Below are positions 7,814 to 15,190 of a DNA stretch of 42,533 nt, in pieces. The translations under genes were made by a program, and so were the position numbers. The notes under the pieces were generated by a model. That model ran no database searches and had not been told where the DNA came from. It saw only the letters and a program-made list of their open reading frames with translations. This DNA is from a virus (lineage: Duplodnaviria > Caudoviricetes), in IMG/VR virus record IMGVR_UViG_3300027653_000025, positions 1 to 42,533 of that record. The stretch is one strand, 5' to 3'. Position 1 is the stretch's first letter. Every line of letters starts with the position of its first letter.

Positions 7814-8412
7814 CGTTTCTGGATCTGCGATTTGAGTTCGTTTGTGTTGTCGACTATGTGGACGGGAACACCACACCGGCCGAGTTCCTGCAGAGTCTCC
7901 CGAATATCCCTGTCTTGCTTCGCTCTGCGGGTGGCGTAGTGTTCCGCGATATCGGCCATTTGATACAGACCATCGGCCGGACACCTTTCTCCTGCCGGGC
8001 CATAGGCACCGCTCGCCACCGACCTCATCCATCCGAGCGATAGATACCTGTGCACGGCTACCACGGGATCCACCCGGAAGTAGATCACCCTATGGTCACG
8101 CCCCTGCTCCTGCCCCATCAGGGCGCAGAGCTCGCGGACCTGTTTCGGCCGTCTGGGATATCCATCGATCACGCAGTTGTAGTGATCGGACACGAAACGT
8201 TCGACCGCCTCGCACACCACGTCGTCGGGGCCAAAATCGCCCTCTGACAACGTGTGACCGAGGCCCGCCTTCCTGATCGCGTCTCCGGTGGACAGGTACG
8301 CGATTCGGTTCTCCTCGGCGAAACGGCGAGCCCACGTACTCTTACCTGCTCCGGGATCCCCGGTGACGAAGTGGACACCCACGCGGCATCCATACAAATA
8401 CGTTGACGTCAC
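7810..8412 (-). CDS. Adenylate kinase-like nucleoside monophosphate kinase
   Basis: P-loop GDPGAGKST, YLSTGDAIR, VIDGYPR. Confidence 0.88.
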   Translation of the reverse strand: MTSTYLYGCRVGVHFVTGDPGAGKSTWARRFAEENRIAYLSTGDAIRKAGLGHTLSEGDFGPDDVVCEAVERFVSDHYNCVIDGYPRRPKQVRELCALMGQEQGRDHRVIYFRVDPVVAVHRYLSLGWMRSVASGAYGPAGERCPADGLYQMADIAEHYATRRAKQDRDIRETLQELGRCGVPVHIVDNTNELKSQIQKR

Positions 8413-8774
8413 GGGCTCCTCAGTTCTCGGGTTTCGAAAAGGGCCCCCAACGCGGGCTCTCGTTCCCTGAGCATCCGCACGTACCGGCTCCGGAAGTCGT
8501 TGTTTAGCCGGAAGGCGTCGCCCTCGGTGCGGATCAGGTACTCGTACCGGAGCACCTCGAAGATCATAGATATCGAGATCCTCTTGCGGCCCTTATGGTA
8601 CAGCTGGCGGGCCATACCAACCACGATCTCGTAGACGTGGGGATTTGCCTTGTGGAACGCTTCGAAACGCTCCTGTATTGTCTGGTCTTGCTCGGGCTCC
8701 GGGTGTACGATCGGAGGGAGCTCGACCCCGGCCACGGAAAAGAGATCCGGGCCGGATTGAGCGACTGTTTGCAT
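8409..8774 (-). CDS. Conserved phage hypothetical protein
   Basis: FEAFHKANPHVY...LRYE...FRLNNDFRSRY...FETR pattern; lies between purZ and the kinase. Confidence 0.75.
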   Translation of the reverse strand: MQTVAQSGPDLFSVAGVELPPIVHPEPEQDQTIQERFEAFHKANPHVYEIVVGMARQLYHKGRKRISISMIFEVLRYEYLIRTEGDAFRLNNDFRSRYVRMLREREPALGALFETRELRSP

Positions 8775-8798
8775 GGGTCTTTGTCTGGGTGGACGGGA

Positions 8799-9944
8799 TC
8801 AGTAATAGAGTTCTCGGTTGCTCTGTAGGGCTTCCCACGCGGGGGTCTTAAACAGAACACCGAAACCGAGCGACACAGCACCGATATCGGAGCCGGTGGC
8901 CTTAAACGGTTCGCGGTACTTGTCGAGCACTCCGGCATAGAACAGGTCGTGTACTTCGCTCTCGATTTGTTGGAGCATGTCGTAGTCGCGGTCTTTCCAC
9001 GCTGCTTGTGCCGCCTTTCCGAGCTCCGGCTGCAGATAATCAAGGAACATCAACACGCCCAGCGTCGGGCGTACGATCGTGGCAGCGCGTAACACCTCCT
9101 CGCTGCTCCAGTTGGCGATGCGGCGGGGCAGTTTCGTTACGGTGGTGCGTTCGACCTGCACGTATCCACGCGTCCGACGGCTGAGCTCCTCCCACAAGAT
9201 CTCGCCCCCGAGCATCGGCCCGGAGTTGCCCGCCACGCGAATCGGGTACGTACGCGCCAGCATGTGCACCCGGAGATCAAGGCCGGGGTGAGACGGCGAG
9301 GCGCTGATGTCGTTGAACGCCTGTGCCGGGGTGATATCACGACTGGTGGCAAACGGGTAATGCCCGAAGTGGAGACCAAGACCCGCGCCTTGTGTCATTT
9401 CGACGTGTACGCGGTTCCCCTCGTCGATGTGCGAGTTAACAAGAGACGTCACATCGCCGAGATACTTCTGCAACTCACGAAAGTCTCGAGCTATCGGTGC
9501 GCGGCGCATTATCTTCTCCGCCTGTGCCGCACCTACGCCCTCGCGGGTGGAGCCGATCTTATCGCGGAGGTCCGCCTCTGCTTTCTCATGGGTATGAGTG
9601 ATCACCGTGGCCAACGGATCAATGACGAGCCGGTGCTCCACTTCCACGCCGATCTCCCGGAGCGCGGCGATCTCTTCGCGGAGCACATCGACATTTAGCA
9701 GGGCAGCTCCGGGTAAGGCAAGTGTCGTTTCTGGGCACTCGACACACGCGGCCGGGATATGGCGCAGGGCAACCACGCCACGCGGAGTAATCACCGAATG
9801 TCCTGCATTCGGCCCCCCGGTGCGCAGGGCGAGCGCGGGTTTTTCCTCGGCGGCGAGCCATTGGGCATACGCGCCTTTCCCACAGCTACCATACTGGCCA
9901 TCCAGTACGATCGTCAGCCGGGAACGTAGTTTTCCTTCTTCCAT
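8799..9944 (-). CDS. purZ: PurZ (N6-succino-2-amino-dAMP synthetase; PurA paralogue), PurZ0-like
   Basis: GQYGSCGKG (Ser where PurA has GDEGKG Asp), GGPNAGHS, GSTREGVG, EMTQG, YPFATSRD, RTYPIRVAGNSGP, ERTTVTKLPRR, MFLDY; likely start MEEGK at 9944 (381 aa). Confidence 0.9.
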   Translation of the reverse strand: MEEGKLRSRLTIVLDGQYGSCGKGAYAQWLAAEEKPALALRTGGPNAGHSVITPRGVVALRHIPAACVECPETTLALPGAALLNVDVLREEIAALREIGVEVEHRLVIDPLATVITHTHEKAEADLRDKIGSTREGVGAAQAEKIMRRAPIARDFRELQKYLGDVTSLVNSHIDEGNRVHVEMTQGAGLGLHFGHYPFATSRDITPAQAFNDISASPSHPGLDLRVHMLARTYPIRVAGNSGPMLGGEILWEELSRRTRGYVQVERTTVTKLPRRIANWSSEEVLRAATIVRPTLGVLMFLDYLQPELGKAAQAAWKDRDYDMLQQIESEVHDLFYAGVLDKYREPFKATGSDIGAVSLGFGVLFKTPAWEALQSNRELYY

Positions 9945-9978
9945 CTTCTCTTCTGGTTGGATGTAGGTGGACAGACAC

Positions 9979-10007
9979 AAGAAACGAACCACGGGGGGCA
10001 GGGTCAA
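9979..10007 (-). promoter_or_regulatory. Putative purZ operon promoter, divergent from promoter copy 4
   Basis: TTGACC (10007-10002), 17 bp ending TTCG, TTTCTT (9984-9979). Confidence 0.6.
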
Positions 10008-10015
10008 CTGTTTTC

Positions 10016-10123
10016 CGTGAAGCTTTTGTGAAGCCGTTAGAAGGGTGTTGCGTCGAGACTCTCCGGTTCGTATCTTACGGTAGTTCAAGCAACACCAACC
10101 CACCCAAAATAGGAGATACTCCG
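10016..10123 (+). promoter_or_regulatory. Repeated promoter copy 4
   Basis: CGTGAAG 10016, TGTGAAG 10027; TTGCGT 10048; 17 bp; TATCTT 10071. Confidence 0.85.
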
Positions 10124-10681
10124 ATGAAAAATCCCAACACGATCACCCGCACCCAAGTCGCCGCTATCTACGAAGCAGTCCATGGTGATCTCTTTGTCCA
10201 CCACAACACATTAAAGAAGGCGTTCCGCGAAGTCGTAGGAGCCGATTGCACCGAGTTCGGGTTCGACGTCGAAGCCCTTCGCGCTTTCCTGAGCGCACCG
10301 GGCGAAGCGGTCGCCACGGACGATGCACCGGTCGCGGAAGAAGCCCCCGCGCACGTGGAGACACCGGCCGCCGATGAGGCGTCCAAGACGGAAGCCGAGC
10401 CCCTGCCCGAGTGGGACGAAGCCCGCAAGAAGGAGTACATCCGCGAAATGGCACAAGAGGATCCCAACTGGTTAAAGGTCGTGGACATCGCCAAGATCAA
10501 CGCCAAGGGCAAGCCAACTCGCGTCGTGATCGAATGCCAACACCCCGGTTGCATCGAGACTCGGGAGATCGCCACTCAAGATCTGTTCCAAGTCCGGTAT
10601 TGCGTCGAACATCAGAAGGAAGCAGCACGCGCAGCAGCTCGTCGGCGCCGGGCCGAGCGCAAGGCAGCAGCAGCCAAATAA
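10124..10681 (+). CDS. Hypothetical protein with C-terminal Zn-finger-like motif and basic tail
   Basis: AGGAGA before ATG 10124; CQHPGC...YCVEH; RRRRAERK. Confidence 0.8.
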   Translation: MKNPNTITRTQVAAIYEAVHGDLFVHHNTLKKAFREVVGADCTEFGFDVEALRAFLSAPGEAVATDDAPVAEEAPAHVETPAADEASKTEAEPLPEWDEARKKEYIREMAQEDPNWLKVVDIAKINAKGKPTRVVIECQHPGCIETREIATQDLFQVRYCVEHQKEAARAAARRRRAERKAAAAK

Positions 10682-10705
10682 AGCACACTATAACCGGAGA
10701 GAGTC

Positions 10706-10903
10706 ATGAAAGAGCAGGTTAGAACGTTGCAGGAGGAAGGATGGGCCCTCCTCCGAGTGACAGAAAGCGGGAAGGCCGTCATGCAGGCGCCCGATAACTG
10801 GTCATCCGGTGGTTATACCATTCATATTGTCGTCAGCGATAAGGGCATCGTCGGCAGATACACAAGCCACCACGTAACGAAACGAAACACGGAAAAGTCA
10901 TGA
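10706..10903 (+). CDS. Small hypothetical protein
   Basis: 65 aa, CCGGAG upstream. Confidence 0.65.
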   Translation: MKEQVRTLQEEGWALLRVTESGKAVMQAPDNWSSGGYTIHIVVSDKGIVGRYTSHHVTKRNTEKS

Positions 10904-11121
10904 GCAAGTACACGAAGTTTTGGGCGATGAACAACGGCTGGTCGGAGACGGACGCCGGAGCATTTGCGCGTTATATGCGCACGATCAACAAGATCATGCT
11001 CGACGAGATCGGTTTGCACATCGACGATTTACCAGACTACGACTACGCCACCGCGTTCTATAGCGACGTACGAGAGCACGAAGTGGTCGATGACGTGCTC
11101 GAGCGAGAGGGTTTCCGGTAG
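10900..11121 (+). CDS. Small acidic hypothetical protein
   Basis: 73 aa, ATGA overlap; IDDLPDYDY motif. Confidence 0.7.
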   Translation: MSKYTKFWAMNNGWSETDAGAFARYMRTINKIMLDEIGLHIDDLPDYDYATAFYSDVREHEVVDDVLEREGFR

Positions 11122-11200
11122 CCTTCGCACGATCCTGACTCGAGTGGGGCCCGTGCCCGCAGCGCGGGCCCTGCATCAGCGGATGATCCGATGCGTTTTG

Positions 11201-11303
11201 TGTGAAACGTTTGTGAAGCTTATTCACGGTACTTGTGCAACGGTTTCCGGATTCGTATTTTACAGTTGTAATCGAAACACAAACCACCCAGACCGAGACC
11301 ACG
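11201..11303 (+). promoter_or_regulatory. Repeated promoter copy 5
   Basis: TGTGAAA 11201, TGTGAAG 11212; TTGTGC 11233; 17 bp; TATTTT 11256. Confidence 0.85.
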
Positions 11304-11489
11304 ATGAGACTCCACGCTGAAATCTTCTTCTGCCAGACGGCCCGGATCGCCCGCACGCAGATCCTTCCAAGCGGCGACAAATGGGTGATCCGCAGCCTGT
11401 CCGGGCAGATCCTCGCCAGCGGACACGGAGACACCGGCCGCGACGAACTGTTGGCCCTCGCAGAAGCTAATCACCTCGTCCTTTCCTAA
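11304..11489 (+). CDS. Small hypothetical protein (MRLHAEIFF...)
   Basis: ATG after a CACCCAGAC leader. Confidence 0.65.
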   Translation: MRLHAEIFFCQTARIARTQILPSGDKWVIRSLSGQILASGHGDTGRDELLALAEANHLVLS

Positions 11490-11495
11490 TCAATT

Positions 11496-11534
11496 CACCA
11501 GAGCTGGGGCTCCGGCCCCGGCTCGCCATCGGAG
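11496..11534 (+). repeat. Intergenic hairpin plus GGAG (copy of 12408-12445)
   Basis: cacca-gagctggggc-TCCG-gccccggctc...cggag. Confidence 0.7.
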
Positions 11535-11542
11535 AAACCGCC

Positions 11543-11863
11543 ATGCAAAAGCTCGCCCTCCCCGCCGACTTCGCCCCAGCACTTGGAGACATCTTGCACC
11601 CGGACGGGTGGAGATTCCCCGGTCAGCTCGTTGAAAGCAACTGGGAGCCCGCCACCTTTCGGGTAACGACCGAAGCCCCCGCGATCGGGCCCTACACCGC
11701 CACCCCCAGCGGGTTTGTCGAATTGGCGATCCGGCTGGAGATCACCGGCAAGGAGCTACGCTGGCGCAAGGGCGAATGGTGGGTGCGCGTTCGGGTGATC
11801 TTCCCCGGCGACTGCGAGCCCGATCAGACCTGCCTCGGATGGCTCCGGCCGAAGTCCATTTAA
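11543..11863 (+). CDS. Hypothetical protein
   Basis: 106 aa, GGAG upstream, followed by a GC hairpin and TATTT. Confidence 0.7.
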   Translation: MQKLALPADFAPALGDILHPDGWRFPGQLVESNWEPATFRVTTEAPAIGPYTATPSGFVELAIRLEITGKELRWRKGEWWVRVRVIFPGDCEPDQTCLGWLRPKSI

Positions 11864-11920
11864 TCCACCGGCCGGGGCTCGTGCCCCGGCTATTTATATT
11901 GGAGAGGGTTGGACGTTTTG

Positions 11921-12025
11921 TGTGAAGTCTTTGTGAAGCCTCTCTACAATACTTGTGCAACGGCCCACCGTTTCGTATTTTACGGTAGTAAAGGGAACGA
12001 CAAACCACCCAGACCAAGCAAGCCA
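11921..12025 (+). promoter_or_regulatory. Repeated promoter copy 6
   Basis: TGTGAAG 11921 and 11932; TTGTGC 11953; 17 bp; TATTTT 11976. Confidence 0.85.
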
Positions 12026-12400
12026 ATGAAAACCAACAAGCAGAACCCACTCGACAACGCCAAGGTAGGAGACGGCGCAACCTACCGGGTTTACACCGAC
12101 TCCCACGCGGGCACGATCATCGCCCGGACAGCTACAACGATCACGTGGCAGCGCGACCACGCCACGCTCCTCAATGGGCCCGAGTCCGGCGAACCGGACG
12201 CCCTAATCTTCACGCCGGGCGGGTTTGCTGCTCACGTCGAAGGCGTCCAGCGGTACAGCTACGAGCGCGACCCCGAAGGCATGATCCAAGTGTTCCGTAG
12301 GAGGGCAAACGGCCGGTGGATGGCCCCGGGTGCGAGCAAGAACCAGATCGGGTCGGAGCTCCACGCGGGCAGGCACTCGCACCACGACTACAACTTCTGA
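12026..12400 (+). CDS. Conserved phage hypothetical protein (KVGDGAT...TD.HAGTI...GR..HDYNF)
   Basis: ATG 12026 after the leader; 124 aa. Confidence 0.75.
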   Translation: MKTNKQNPLDNAKVGDGATYRVYTDSHAGTIIARTATTITWQRDHATLLNGPESGEPDALIFTPGGFAAHVEGVQRYSYERDPEGMIQVFRRRANGRWMAPGASKNQIGSELHAGRHSHHDYNF

Positions 12401-12407
12401 CACTAAT

Positions 12408-12445
12408 CACCAGAGCTGGGGCTTCGGCCCCGGCTCGAACCGGAG
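12408..12445 (+). repeat. Intergenic cUUCGg hairpin plus CCGGAG
   Basis: cacca-gagctggggc-TTCG-gccccggctc-gaaccggag. Confidence 0.7.
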
Positions 12446-12451
12446 CTAATC

Positions 12452-12697
12452 ATGAAAGATTCAGTAGTAGCACTCGAAGTCTGCGACGACACGATGCTCT
12501 TTGCCAGCGCAAGAGGCGCGGCCGATTTCCTGATGAATAGGGCTATGCGCCACGGATATTCGGTGTTAACTGACGTGGGCACCCCCGCCGCGACGACCGA
12601 TGTAATTATCGGCGTGCTCGACAGCCAGCGTTCAGTGTTCATATACGATCACGGTGAGATGATCGGCCACGCGTGCTGGGTGATGGTCAGACCTTGA
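12452..12697 (+). CDS. Hypothetical protein
   Basis: 81 aa ORF after GGAG. Confidence 0.6.
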   Translation: MKDSVVALEVCDDTMLFASARGAADFLMNRAMRHGYSVLTDVGTPAATTDVIIGVLDSQRSVFIYDHGEMIGHACWVMVRP

Positions 12698-12779
12698 CGG
12701 CGGGAACCCATAAAACGTTCGGGGGTTCATCCCTTACGGAAGATCTACACCGCACCAATAACCACAAACCAACAGAGAG

Positions 12780-13016
12780 ATGTCACAGGATCTTATAGTG
12801 CTCACGGGCAGCCGTGCACGTCGACTGCGCAAGCGGGCGTATGTGCTGGGTGTCGAAATCCGCGAAATCGCGGCCGAAACCGGATATCCGCCCGTGCGGG
12901 TGTCCAAAGTCCTGTCGGAGATCGAACGGTCCGAGCCGATGCTCGACAAGATCGAGGCGATCCTCCACCGGGTAGCCCTAAAGCAGGGGGCCATCCCCGA
13001 GCCCGAGCAGGACTAA
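12780..13016 (+). CDS. Small Cro/XRE-like HTH protein
   Basis: GVEIREIAAETGYPPVRVSKVLS. Confidence 0.7.
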   Translation: MSQDLIVLTGSRARRLRKRAYVLGVEIREIAAETGYPPVRVSKVLSEIERSEPMLDKIEAILHRVALKQGAIPEPEQD

Positions 13017-13088
13017 AACAGAACGTGCCCCCACCACAGGTAAGCAGCAGGGGCACGCACTCTCAACCGTTCCACCCAGAACAAGAAG

Positions 13089-14069
13089 ATGGAAAAAGAA
13101 ACGAACGTCGCAAACAAGACGCAAGTATTTTCCGCCGAGCGAGACCGCGACGCATGGCTTGCAGAACGTCGCAAGGGCATCGGCGGGTCGGACGTCGCCG
13201 TGGTGCTCGGCCTGACCCCATGGAAGACCCCGGCCCAGCTATGGGACGAGAAGAAGGGCTACGCTGTGGATGAGGAGGAAAACTTCCATATGCGCAGGGG
13301 GCGCGTGCTGGAGCCGATCGCAGCGGATCTTTACGCCGAAGAAACCGGCCGGAAAATCCGCAAAGTGCCGATGCGCAGGGACAAAACGCACCCCCACAGG
13401 AGTGCCAACATCGACAGACAGATCTTGGCCGGTGGCGAGATCAAGTCGACCGGGGCGCTCGAGATCAAAGTACCGGGCCACTTCGCTTTCGAAAAGCTTA
13501 AAGCGGAAGGCGTCCGGGACGAGCATATGCTCCAGCACCAGTGGTATCTCGGCGTTCTCGGGTACTCGTGGGGCTCGTTCTGCGCATTCCATGCGGACTC
13601 GATGAGCCTGTTGTACTTCGATATCGAAGCTGACCCGGAGCTCTTCGCGTGGATGGCGGAGGAAGTCGATAAATGGTGGGAGACATATATCGTCGGCAAC
13701 GTGCGGCCACCCGAAGAGATCGAAGCCGCGGCGCCCCCGGTACCGATTCCCAACCTGATCGGGGACACCCTATATAGGGACGATGACGAGTGGTACGAAG
13801 CTATGACGGCGCTCGAGGAAGCAGCCGAGCTAAAACAGAACGCGTCGGATTGGTACGACGAGTGCAAAGCCCGAGTGATCGACCTCGTAGGGGATCACGC
13901 CAAGGCGGAAGGCCGGGGCTATCGGGTGTCATATCCGGCCGTTGCGGGACGCAGGACATTAGACAAAAAAGCATTGCAGATGGCGCACCCGGAGATCCGG
14001 CTCGAAGAGTTCGAGAAAGTCGGTAACCCGTCGCGTCGCTTCACCTTCTCTAAACTGGAAAATCAATGA
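13089..14069 (+). CDS. YqaJ-like viral recombinase (lambda-exonuclease family)
   Basis: WLAERRKGIGGSD, RGRVLEP, ANID, LEIK, QHQWY. Confidence 0.93.
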   Translation: MEKETNVANKTQVFSAERDRDAWLAERRKGIGGSDVAVVLGLTPWKTPAQLWDEKKGYAVDEEENFHMRRGRVLEPIAADLYAEETGRKIRKVPMRRDKTHPHRSANIDRQILAGGEIKSTGALEIKVPGHFAFEKLKAEGVRDEHMLQHQWYLGVLGYSWGSFCAFHADSMSLLYFDIEADPELFAWMAEEVDKWWETYIVGNVRPPEEIEAAAPPVPIPNLIGDTLYRDDDEWYEAMTALEEAAELKQNASDWYDECKARVIDLVGDHAKAEGRGYRVSYPAVAGRRTLDKKALQMAHPEIRLEEFEKVGNPSRRFTFSKLENQ

Positions 14070-14965
14070 ACAGACAGTTGCAAGTACACGACGACGACGC
14101 GCACGCCGAAGAGCTCGCACTCGCACACGTGGCTCCGTCCGATATCGACGTGCAAATCGCTACGGCCCACCGCTACCCCCGGTCGATCACCGATTTTCAG
14201 CGGGACGCCCTCACTCTGGCCACGCTCGACGAAGACGTTGCATCTTCGATGTTTTACGCCCTGCCGAGAGCGGATAAAACAATCGAGGGCCCGTCTGCGC
14301 GTCTGGCCGAGGTGGTGGCGAGCACGTGGGGGAATCTCCGCGTCGAGTCCGACATCGAAGCGATTGACGAGAAGATGATCACGGCCGTTGCCACGTGCAT
14401 CGACCTACAGAAGAACATCGCCGTTCGGATCCGGGTCAAAAGGCGCATCACCGACCGGTATGGGAAGCGTTTCAACGACGACCTGATCGTTATGACCGGG
14501 AACGCGGCATCGTCGATCGCTCTGCGTAATGCCGTGTTTAAAGTGGTGCCATTTGCCCTCGTCAAGCCGATCTACATGGCGGCACGCAGCGCGAGTTTAG
14601 GCGAGGGCAAGACGATGACCCAAAAGAGGGCGGCCGTCGCTGGACATTTTAAAAAGCTCGGGGTGAAGGAGGCCGACCTGCTCGCCAAAATAGGGGCCAA
14701 GGGCTGGGACGACGTATCGGAGGGCGATCTCGTGACGTTGCGCGGTCTGGCCACGGCGATCGCAGAGGGCGACGTGTCGGTCGAAACTGCCTTTGCCAGC
14801 GAAGCCGAAGAAGTAGCTCAGGCGACCAAGGCCCGGCTAAGCACCATCAAGAGCAAAGCGAAAGCGGCGAAGGCGAAGGCACCCAAAGTGCCACAGCCGC
14901 CCGGTGATCTGACCGAAGAGGAGCTTGCCGAGGCCGAACGACACGCAGCGAAAGACGGCGAATAA
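14066..14965 (+). CDS. Putative single-strand annealing partner of YqaJ
   Basis: ATGA-coupled to YqaJ; QIATAHRYPR, IEGPSARLAE, WGNL; function inferred from position. Confidence 0.6.
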   Translation: MNRQLQVHDDDAHAEELALAHVAPSDIDVQIATAHRYPRSITDFQRDALTLATLDEDVASSMFYALPRADKTIEGPSARLAEVVASTWGNLRVESDIEAIDEKMITAVATCIDLQKNIAVRIRVKRRITDRYGKRFNDDLIVMTGNAASSIALRNAVFKVVPFALVKPIYMAARSASLGEGKTMTQKRAAVAGHFKKLGVKEADLLAKIGAKGWDDVSEGDLVTLRGLATAIAEGDVSVETAFASEAEEVAQATKARLSTIKSKAKAAKAKAPKVPQPPGDLTEEELAEAERHAAKDGE

Positions 14966-15190
14966 GCCGGGCAGCCGGTGCGACCGGGGGAGACCTTGTG
15001 CCCCCGGCGCCCGGTGATTTTCTTATGCGGACGTCTCCCAACCACCCACCGACATGTACCGAAGACCCGCTATGCATGCCCTCGCGGCGTGCCCTTCTCT
15101 TTCGTCTCCTCGAACGCGCACGCATGGTGGGGCCAAGGGTACCCCGCTATCCGTCAGGGCCGGACGCGGCACAAACGCGGGGGCCCGCCG

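Noticed and set aside
6866-7939. 357-aa plus-strand ORF
   Set aside because: Antisense shadow of the NDT-dUTPase gene in GC-rich DNA; no motifs
8799-10103. Ordinary purA as an auxiliary metabolic gene, and the 434-aa ORF start
   Set aside because: The catalytic Asp is Ser and other motifs are PurZ-type; the extra 53 codons run through the divergent promoter region
1017-12025. Repeated ~100-bp elements as CRISPR repeats, MITEs or ncRNA
   Set aside because: They are dispersed, lack terminal inverted repeats, always point into a start codon and have fixed -35/17/-10 geometry
12694-12740. Eighth copy of the repeated promoter
   Set aside because: TTGACG and a CTTACGG remnant are present, but with no correctly spaced -10 and no tandem box
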